From Lingula anatina (Eukaryota > Animalia > Brachiopoda): a DNA stretch of 64,000 nt. Numbering within the stretch: position 1 is the stretch's first letter; each line of letters opens with the position of its first letter. Shown piece by piece: positions 26,126 to 36,800 of this stretch. The position numbers and the translations under genes are program-made. The notes beneath the pieces are model-generated. The model made no database searches, had not been told where the DNA came from, and was given only the letters and a program-made list of their open reading frames with translations. Location of the stretch: contig CM120649.1 of assembly GCA_051362555.1 (NCBI GenBank), forward strand, positions 6,386,001 to 6,450,000. Reading direction: 5' to 3'.

Positions 26126-28592
26126 GTTACGGTCTCGTTTAAATCTCGTTTTCCGGAAAAGGTGCCTTCAGAAGTTTCTTCGAGAGTACACAAAGAGAAA
26201 AGCATTCAAAAGTTCGTTAAAATGAGAGACATACAAAGTGCAGAGGACATGATGTTGGATAAGGTTCTCAAAAACAGGTAAGAGCTTTTAAATGCATAAC
26301 TACAGGTAATATGGTGATAAATTGCAATTTGTATGCCGAAGGTCTCACTGTTAAAGTGTTCAGCTCCATGTCGATCTCGCGAGGTGGTGTGTGGAAAATA
26401 GATACTGCACGAAAAATATTTCCCACGCATTACAAGTGCTTATACTTGTAGTATCAGATGACGAAAGTTTGGTCTTTATACAGTTGCAATTGTTTAGTAA
26501 TTTGTGGCAATAGGATAGAATAAATCTTAGGTGCACTTTCAGAATAACAAGTACATGCGTAGGCCGCCATCTTGTTTACGTTTCGGGAAAAAATCTCCCC
26601 AAAATACATTTTCCCCCTATTTTTTATACTTGTGTCACATGACGGATATATAATTTAACTAATAAATATTGGTATGTCTGCAATACATTTTCTTGAGCAG
26701 TATTGTTGTTTTTAGCGATCTTGCTTGAATACGACAAGGGCCACTTTTCACGCCCTCGAGTCCAGATCAAAAACTGTTACGCTTGTTACGGCCAAACGCC
26801 TAAAGTTGATTGCAACTTTCAAAAGCGTGATTATAAAAGATTTTGGTGTGTTTAGGTACTTGAACACGTTGGTCGCGGCTTGGTATATATTGCATGGATA
26901 TTGCTTCCATATTTCTTGAAAAAATAACCCTTTTTGTTCTGAGTACCAATTTATCACTTTACATGTAGTGTTAAAGTGAAATGTACCGTTTTTGCCTTTA
27001 ATGTCTTTGTGCTTAAAAAATCAAGAAATTAAGATGACAGATGGTCATCGTTTTTCTTCTCACCATGGCAGGTGGCTTTGGAGTGGTAACTTTGTTGTTA
27101 AAGTAAGGTGCTCAATTATTTTGACTGGAAAGGTTTGGCCCCTCCCTAGCATTTCCATCATGGCGATTTAACAGGAAGCTTGGTTTTATGTCTTTGCTAT
27201 GGTTATAAACTTCTCTTTTTACATATGTTTTAAATAAAATTAAATCTTTGAAAATACTCATATGAACCCCAGTGCTTCTTAGATTAAAGTCATAATGTTT
27301 TAAGTTCACTTAGGCTCCGCCAATTACTTTACCTGTTATCTTACTACACATTTCCCTTTGAGTCAAGGTGTATAAGACATCTCTAAAATTGAGGGGTACA
27401 TGCTTCCCTACTGTCATTATACTATATTACTTTGGTATGTAAGGTGGCAAGCTTGGATGTATAAGTTCATTTTACGAAAGAAGCTTTGCCTTAGTGATGA
27501 CAAAAGAATTGAGCTCTGTAACGGCTTATTCATTACTTCAAAGTAAACATTTCGTCTTGCAATGTCAAAACAGAAATTCTCTCATAATTGATAATGATTC
27601 GGACATGCATATCTAAACACTTTATTCAAGTATTTTCTACTATAGATATGAGAGAAGGCTGTATTGAATATGAATCATGGTCAGGCTGGGAAGAATTAAA
27701 AATATCAATGAGAAAAGAAGGTCAGTGTGTCTGAAGTAAGCCTACAATGCATTAAACATTCACTAACAACAATTTTTTTCACCATTTTCAAACAACAACA
27801 ACCTTGGGCATTTTCCTTTTAAGTGGCCTGTCTGAAATGGCCTTTGTGTCCTGTCAGAAGAGTGGTAACCGGGGCAGATTTAAATAGTTTTGGTATGAAT
27901 GATATCTAATTTCTTGTAATAAGTACACATTCTTCAGTTTCATGGGATTATGAGCCTGTAATTAAGAAACTTGTTTTTTTTTTCATTAATTTAGTTGTAA
28001 ATTGTACATTTATGTGGTTAATATTATTTCAGTCAAGTCATAACAACAATGACACATTAAACTTCATTGCTTCATTCCATAATTTATACATGGATACTTG
28101 TACATGTAGTTCATAATGCTATTATTATGTTTTTTTTTCTAACGTACGGGTTTCCCTCTTTTCTGAGTGGCGTGCCATAAGCAAGGCAGAAGAAAAGGCC
28201 CTGAGGAAAATGTAACTCGAGTTGTCCTTTTTGGAGAAGAAACTGGACAAGACTGGCCAACAGAGACTGTTTGAAATATCATTAAATTTATAGTGCTTCT
28301 TCGTGACATTTGTAATGATTCCCAGTCGCCTCACAGACTCTATACATTTCAAAAGTGGACATAAAAGTGTTACTGTTATGTGAAAAAAAACCCAAAACCT
28401 AGATATCTATATTTCTTTATTTAAATATGTTACCGATTCCCTGTAAAATTCGGACTGTTCTAGTAAAATTTCCTAAAAGCAGTCACTTACTGGCCCAGTT
28501 AATTTTTTCAGCTGTGACATGTACTCCAATTTATTTTATAAATGTTTAATGTTCATACTAAATGTTGTCTTGGTCAATAATGACATTTTGAA

Positions 28593-28960
28593 ATGTGGCC
28601 TACCCAGGGTCTAGATGCAAACGTGATAGAAAATGTGTGGAATGATATGTCAAAACTTTTGACAAATGCCCGTCAAACCAGCAGACAAACTCTGTTAGAT
28701 TCAGTGATTTATGCTTGGGCCAGCATAAGCCCTGAACGCATCAGACAATTATATGAATCCTTGCCTCGCAGACTGGCAGCTATTATTAGGTCACGTGGCT
28801 ATGCCACTAAGTACTAATTTAGGACTTGAAACTGCATATCTTGGTAGAATGTATATTTTGTTCTCTTTTTTTTTTTTTTGTGAAATTTGATGTTAATAAC
28901 AGTCATTTATCTCCCCCAAGTATAAGTTCAGTAGGGGTGACACTTCTATTGTCCAGTGTG
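28593..28960 (+). mobile_element. Tc1 transposase C-terminal fragment with right end
   Basis: WPTQGLDANVIENVW...LYESLPRRLAAIIRSRGYATKY matches the Tc1 WPxxSPDLNPIENxW and SMPxRxxAVIxAxGxxTKY signatures. Followed by a terminal-like TTGTCCAGTGTG. Confidence 0.85.
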
Positions 28961-30070
28961 TGTATATGTTTATGGGACCTTAGGGATGGAGTGTCCAAAC
29001 TTTTATGTTTTAATATTATATCGTTTGGCAGAGAGGACAGACGTTCACTGGAATGTCATTTTCACAAGCCAGTTGGGACGTTTTCTTTCGACTTCTAGGT
29101 GATTTATCTCAAGGGGTGCAATAAAAAGCCATCTATCATCGATAGAAAATAAAACTCATGGCGACCGTCCCCAGTCACCATCCCATCACCTCTTTCTATG
29201 AAATCATTCCAGCACATCGTCCAAATAATCACCTCTGAAAAAATCGTCAGCATACAGCGCCGCTTTGACACTACTGATCTCGAATTCTAACGTGATATAA
29301 CGCACATGAAATCAATCACCAAGCTGAGGAGAGCGACGAAGACGAAACCTTGAGACAGGAGCCCCCCCGTAGCTAGCTCCGCCCACCGTAACAGACATCG
29401 GACAATAGAGAGGCTTATGTGTAATCTCCTTCTGTTGTAACTCCTTGCTTACACGAAAGGATATTTACAAGTAGACGAAACCTTGAGACAGGAGCCTTAC
29501 TTTAAATATAAAACTTTTTGAAATTTTCAAGTGATAATGGAGACAGAGCAGTCGGCAGTACTCTTCTGTCTAATTCTGCTGTTTGCGGCAGACCATGTAA
29601 ACGTTAAGGGAGAAATGACAGTGGATAGCGATGCAACTTACATGGTAAATGATCTTGTTTGTACAACGTCCAGGGCTCAGCAAAACAGCGCAAGAACGGG
29701 ATCGAAATATTTGAATATTTTAATGTATTTCAATTCCTGTATTTCAGCAATATCTCCTTGACTATGGGTGGGTTCCCCCTCAAGATCCCAGGACCCGCTC
29801 TATCAGATCGGAGGAATTGAGGAAAAAAATTATCATGGAATTCCAGAAACTTGTAGGCCTGCCTATGACAGGTAAAATTCAGTAGGCCTACAATCTGACA
29901 CCTTTTTGCTTATCTTCTCTTTCCTTTTTTTCCACTTACCCACATTGCATCCACACATGCATGCATTCTATGTTGTCATTGAACTTTATCAGAAAACTAG
30001 ATTAGAAGTACCCTCATAATGCTTTCCATATTGCAGTGCTACTTTGTAACTTTTTTCATGTTACGAATAA

Positions 30071-30380
30071 CCCAGCAGGCATAGTCGCATTGGATCAACG
30101 TTGAAAACAGGTTGATACGTTGAATTGCCGTTGATCTACCTAAATTCAACGTTAAATCAACGTTGATCCAGCCACGTCAAAACACCGTCATAATGTGACG
30201 TTGACTCAACGTTGTCATTGGCATTGTCATTGGTCATTGACACAACCTTGCAGACATGCATTGTAATTTAAAATATTAATTATTGAAAACGTGATGATAA
30301 AGTTGACAGTTCTCGGTATCCTGTTATAGATAGACAGGTTGAGGTGACTGTGACTTTGTTATATATAATTATAGTTTTAT

Positions 30381-30463
<83 letters not shown>

Positions 30464-30892
30464 AAAATAACTATATATATATTAATCTAAACCTTGGAAA
30501 TTTTAACTTAAAGGCCATACATATATACCCTACATATATTTAGCCATCAAACATGTCCTACTGCTAAACACATTCAGGCTAAAAGGGTGTACCATGCTTA
30601 GGTGCAAAACATGCTTAGGAGCTAAATGCTTTGAAAAAATCAGACAAAGCAGGCACTTGGATGTTTTTACAGTGTATGTTAAAATTGTGTACCTGTGTTT
30701 TGTACCAAAATAAAAACATTTCAGGTCATTTTAATGTCTTTTCATGCAAGAATGGTGTCTAACAACTGGGGTTGATACAATGTTGTTATCTGACGTTGAG
30801 TCAACTTTCAAATCCAATGTTTGTCCAACGCATTATCAACGTTATGGTTCAACGTTGTTTCAACATTAAAACAACATAATTTGCCCGCTGGG
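30071..30892. mobile_element. CACTA/EnSpm-like non-autonomous element with CCCAGC termini
   Basis: CCCAGCAGGCA...TGCCCGCTGGG flanked by AA/AA. Many subterminal TCAACGTTGA palindromes and an internal (TA)n. Absent from the paralogous intron near 41180. Confidence 0.8.
30386..30461. repeat. (TA)n microsatellite
   Basis: Direct reading. Confidence 0.95.
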
Positions 30893-33800
30893 AAAGTGCC
30901 AGTGGTGTTGTGTATGGGTGGAAAAGTTTATTTTTTGTATATAAGAAAAGTTTGGCATAGTCAAACGACATTTTATGGCGACAACAATCTCCAGAGCTTA
31001 TTTTACGCACATGCTCAATTCTAGAGGGGTAGTCCCCATTGAGGCACATGTTGCTACTTATATCATGGGGCGTCACTGCCTGACTCCATTTGCGCTCGAT
31101 TAATTCTGTTGACGCGCACGTTACGATTAAGCTACAAGTTATCTCCAACCTTCAACTCAAATCTTCAGTTCAAACAATTTCACCCACCGCCTTCCCCGCC
31201 TCCTCCTACATACCACAATTGTCTCCTCTGCTGAAGGAACTTTGCTTGCATTATATTTGACCATCATACTGCGTGCGTTTTTACTTTGATTTCTCAGTTT
31301 TGTATACCTGTCAGGAGCACCACTGCCCCATGAAAGTGCCAGTACACAGTTGTCTGCTGGAAATGCCCCAGCAAAATCTGGATGTATTCTTCCAGAGTAA
31401 TGAAGGGCCGGAGTCTTGTCTTATACAACTTCTGCTTGCATGAATCTGTGGCCCACCACGCCCTGCTGCATCCACACGATCTTCCTAGTCCAGAGGAAAT
31501 GGTGCAATAGGATGAGGGTATCCATTTTGCATGACCTTACATGTCTTTTAAAGGCTACCTCTATACTGGATAGTCATAAGCCAAGCAAGCCTTTTGGGTT
31601 GACCATACATTTACAGACATAAGGTGTAAAGAGTTTTAATTTTTCTTCTGTAGCGTTGGACTATTTACAATACCAATCATCTGCTGCAGATCAAGTCTCC
31701 ATGGTCCATCCTTCCATTCTCGGTTTTTGCTTCCACGATTATTATTCATTCCAATGTGTTGTTACAGGAGTGTTGCAAAAAATCTGATTTGCCTACCTGC
31801 TATTTTCATGTTGTATGAGAAGTTTGATTCTATTTTTAAGACCCAGTCATGCTTTTCTCATAATATGGCCCAGCAAGCTTTGCGGGTCCGTCTGTACATC
31901 TGTTGAAGTCAGGAATATAATGGGAACAGCCATATTAGAACATACCTATCTAGGTTATCCACGACACTATATTCTTCGTTCATGTTTTATTCTGACCGTT
32001 GACAATTATAAACTGGAAGCAAAATTGCTCTTCCACATAGAACCACTTAAAACTGTTAACTATTATACTAATCAACAAGTACGGTGCAATATAGGATGGC
32101 ATGGCAATTATAGAGAGTTTACTCTTCCAGCCGTTTTCAGCATATGGGAAAAACTGACTCTCCCCCCTTTCCTTGGTTTAAAAAAAAGGGGGAGTAGGGG
32201 TTAGGTCACCCGCTAACAGCATTGTCATTCCGGTACTTATTTAGAATGTATTGTGAGTCCTGCAATATGCAATGCATTGGCTTCGCCTTTGCAATCAGAC
32301 AATCTAAATTAGATGTAATTCTGTTGTCAAATAATTGCTTATGCTGAATCACTGCTTAGGATAACCAGTGCAAGCGAATATTCGACATAGTTGGGGTGGC
32401 TTCTTTGCAACCCCACAAACGAAATTTGTGCAAAATTGTTTGTAAATAATAACTTTTGCTGACGTGTCACATCATAATTTTTAGGATGATGAGTCTTATT
32501 GAATATTTGATAAATATATTTTTTATCCCTAAGGCTATAAGTATAACATTTAATACAGGCAACAATTTGCTACTTTGTTATTATTGTTAAAATGATGAGA
32601 ATACTGAGGATATATAATAAAAGCGGCCTTGTATGGCCAAATCACGAACAATTGATAGTCTTTGTTGCCATCTTTCTTGTTATGAATGGGATTATGAAAG
32701 TTTGTGGTACACTGGGATGGAGGAGACATAAAATACCTTGTGTCAGGTTATGGCAATTGTTTTGTTTCATTGACTTCAGGTGTTTTTGATAAAGACACGA
32801 GGAAAATGATGCACATAACACGTAGGCCTAATGGTAATTCTGATAGAATAGGAACTGGAAGTGTTGGAGGCCGAAGTAAAAGATACACTTTACAAGGTAA
32901 GAGAGAGCAATGAACACACACATATGCATTCCTCCCCCTTTCCCCTCCGCCCACAAACACACATGTAGGCAAAGTTGTGACGTTTGTAAATAGCCCATTA
33001 TTTTATCTGCTCCAAGATAAAGTGGAAATATCACCTTATGCCATTTTAAATAGATTTAACCAAGAAGGTACATTCTGAACACAAATCATAATTTTCTGAA
33101 ATTTTCTGGCTTAGGGCTCTTTCCCATTGAAACTCTTGATCTATGTAGATTGATCCAACTCTGCGGGGACTCTTACTGAATGTAGTCAGATTAATGCCCC
33201 CTCTTTTTTCATTCAGAGGTTTCAATCTACGTAGACTGATAGTTTCAATGGGAATGAGGTATTTAGCTCAGATCATGCCTTGAAGACATATGAAATTCCC
33301 ACCCATTATATTTTTGAACTAGGTGATCTTACTACTACTAGTGGCCCTTAGAGCAACAACGGGCTTCTCAGTTTGCTCTGCAGGGTCTTATTTTGGGACA
33401 AGCATGGGAGAAAAAATAGAAATGTAATTGAAGAGTTGTAATTGAAGTTTGCCAGGCTGGTCTTCAAATATTATTCTATGCTGTGGATTTCTCTTGCGTC
33501 CTGTTATTAACTTAATTGTAGGTGAGAGCCTTGTTAAGTCCTGATTCTATACATTACTAGTAATGGACCCCCCCCCCCCCCCCTTCATGTCGTAAAACGT
33601 TAATACACATAGCGCAGAGAATAAGAACTTGATGCTTAGTCATTACTAATATGTTACCTCTGAAGGTCACTGAAAACTTTCTAACAGGAATTATAGGCAA
33701 ATTGTTAATTTCCCCCTCCTTTCAACTCCTTAGAAAATACATTCACTCGACTGCATCAAGGGAGTAGGTTGTTTGTATCTTTTCACCTTCAGTGCTTGGT

Positions 33801-36800
33801 AAATATAAAAATTTAGACACTTATTTCAGTGGCACTCGCATATACACTGGTTTACCATTCAGTGCAGGTACACAGTTTAATTTAATAGTTTAGTCCCCAT
33901 CGCTTTGTTTGCAAGAATTGATTGCCCAATGCATACAGTACCTGCAATTTGTCGTACTCAGGTTTCAGTAGATTTTATGTCTTAGGCCGGTCTCCTTCCC
34001 CCTGCAATTAATTAAATACCAAAATTTTTGCCAAGTGCATTTGAAGATTTGACTTGCATAAATTTGATAATTTCATTAAATTTTATTACAAGCCAGTATG
34101 ACCATGATTACAGAACTCTGAATTTGGTATAGACACAACACTTTTATCAAGGCACTCCCCCCCCCCCCCAACCCTGAACTGAATTCAAAATACTCTAAAT
34201 TGGTAAAAATATTTTCTGGTATCACATGTCTGTTTTCTCTATGCCAGTCCAAGAAATAAATAAATAAATTAATTAATTAATTTCTGTTACACTGAAATTA
34301 CAGCACAGCAAGAGTCCATTTTTATCCAAAACATAAAGATAGCTCACATTTCCTAATTTCTTTTTTTTTAAATATATATATATATATATATATAATTATC
34401 CCATGCTGTCTGGTATGGAGACCAATTGTGGATAAGAGAAACAGTGAAGCATTTCACCCTGTACTTAAACATTTCTCAATATACCAAATATGCATATGAT
34501 ACATAACATTACTCCGACTATATGCTCTGAATTCAGTCACTTGAACTGCCATATCAAAACTTATTTCCTTGGAACTACTGAGCTTGGTATATCACATATA
34601 CATATAACAGTGGAATAATTTGATGGACCAGCACTGACTTTCTTTTTACTGAACTGATATTGCACCTTTGGACAGTGTTACAAATCCTGTTGGCCCCATG
34701 CACCAGTATTTCATATCATATGATCAGAAGTTGACATACTCACTGTGTGGTAGTATATAGCATTTAAATGATCCCTACAGGATATGTGCGAAAAACATTC
34801 TCAACGTGCATTTATTGTTATCTTGTTTTCTCTTTGTTGAATGATAGTGTAGCAGTAGAAGAGAAATGAGTTCCTGAAAGAAAAAAATATGAAGTGACCT
34901 CTGGGACCTGTTTTGGCAGCAGGGTTTGGTGTCTAATTAACAACTGTAGACAAAATAATATGCTGTTTGTAGTCTTGAATGATCCCAGGTTATTATTATT
35001 ATTATCACTAAATGCTGATCATTTATCTCTCAAGTTATAAAAATAATTGTTTTTTAGGAAAATATTAATTACTGTGTGATATTGTTAATGGATGGTAACT
35101 ATGTAATTATTGAATTGATTTGTGTACACTTTCATAATTTTTTTAAGTAGTTGCGTAAGAATTTGTATCTCTATCACAAGTCCCATCTGCATGATAGAGA
35201 AATTATATTAGTGACCTTATGTTTTGTAAGATGTGTTACAGAAGAATTTATTGGCTAGTTGAAAAAAGATGTAAAATTTTCTGTCTGTTTTCAGTCCTCA
35301 GATATGATCTTTACCACGTATTATGTAAAAGCAGTAGGCTTTTTACAAGAAATTACAGCAAGATCAATAAATGTGTTAAAATAATCAAATGTCTTGTTAG
35401 AACATCATGTTTTGAACGTGTACTTACCCACCTCTTATGTGGATGAAATATTTGTTTCGTGTCAACTTGAAAGTATGCTTGTAGCACCGGTGATTGGCAA
35501 CTTGGGCAAGGGAATGATTCATGAAATATAGACACCTGAGTAAGATTTTCTGACACTATTCGATTGTCGTTCGCTAAATTCGTGCGTTTGAGACTGGATT
35601 TTGCGTCCCGACATTGCCGTTCTCAAACAGAGTTGCTAAAATTCGGTTGTTCACAGTGTGACCAGAAAGGGCCACAACTAACACAATGACATGTTTTATA
35701 ATCACTCTGTAATGTTGGCCCAAGCACTGCCCATGGAATAAATAAACTTCCCATACAATCGATATGATATGATCTGTGAAATATTATACATGGAATTTAC
35801 CATACAGGCACGCACAATACCTTGACGGGTCACTTAATAGCACCAATACAAAACATTCTACATAATATCCAGCATTCGTTCGTAATTCGCTTGGTAGACG
35901 CTTCCTAATGTTATACAAAATTCATACCTGTATATTTGCGGCCTAAGTACGCAGACAGGTCACCGTCTAATTTAAAAGACTCCGATACATGGTTACATTT
36001 CTGGTAAGAACGCTACGTTTTATGATGTTGCATGTTATGATGCAACCAGAATTTTCAGTTCAGCAGATCAAGGCATGAGGGGAGGCTAAAGAAAAAAGTC
36101 ATATGTAGGTCGCGGGTAGAAAGTGTATAACACGTTCACGTTAAAAAATCCAAGGAAAGAATTAAAGAATTCTTAAAATTCCAAAATGAAAGTAGACCTT
36201 TCTTCTTTGGATGGCATGACGCTGTTCTTAATATGCATTTTCTCGGAAACATGACTTCTAAAAAAATTCAGAATGAACCAACGGTTCTTATTACTACGTA
36301 AAGATACATTATTAATCAACTCGCGCATGAATGAAAATAAAAAGCCAAATATAAGCAGGACATGTAAACCTGATATGTGAGGAGACCAGAAATGAAAGTA
36401 CATGTACTCAAATAAATGTATGCCTTCCAAGAATGCTAAACACCACAATTTATTCCCGTCTTCACATATATTTGTTGTCTCAGAGGTGTGCATACGAGTT
36501 TATGTTTATTCACTCAGTTGTCCTTTATTAGAAATCCGCCTGGATTAACACGACCTGTGGTCCTTCTTTTAAGATTTACAGAAGTCACTGGTGTAGTTCT
36601 TACAATCATAAATAAAATTTTGCAGAATATGGTTGGCCGATCCAAAATAATAAAGTTCACCATTTTTAGCGACCTTTGGGTTGAAACTATGCCTTTTCCT
36701 ATATTAACAGAAAATGCCAATATTTAATTAGTTCGTATGGAGATTATCTATATGTTAGGATTTATGAAACGAATCATGAAAAGTCAGGCCTTCCTGACCG

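Larger units (their letters stand above)
25817..29447. mobile_element. 3.6-kb non-autonomous P-element-like transposon, 29-bp TIR, 7-bp TSD, with nested insertions
   Basis: CAAGGAGATATAACAGAAGGAGATTACAC...GTGTAATCTCCTTCTGTTGTAACTCCTTG (2 mismatches). CTTACAC is duplicated at 25810-25816 and 29448-29454; a single CTTACAC lies at the empty paralogous site 40156-40162 in the MMP 5' leader. Superfamily inferred from CA..TG ends and the 7-bp TSD. Confidence 0.88.
29537..32896 (+). pseudogene. Partial duplicate of MMP exons 1-3 (signal peptide plus prodomain); frame intact, cysteine switch lost; pseudogene or alternative 5' cassette
   Basis: Exons 29537-29644, 29748-29871, 32780-32896 align with 40208-40315, 40847-40970, 41302-41412. 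No stop or frameshift; GT/AG sites retained. PRCGNSD has become TRRPNGNSD and RRKR has become RSKR. It has no catalytic exons of its own. Confidence 0.8.

Noticed and set aside
32868-32913. RSKR-YTLQ-GKR read as a new amidated peptide precursor
   Set aside because: GKR arises from the gtaag donor sequence and is also present in the intact gene, so it is not evidence of a selected peptide.
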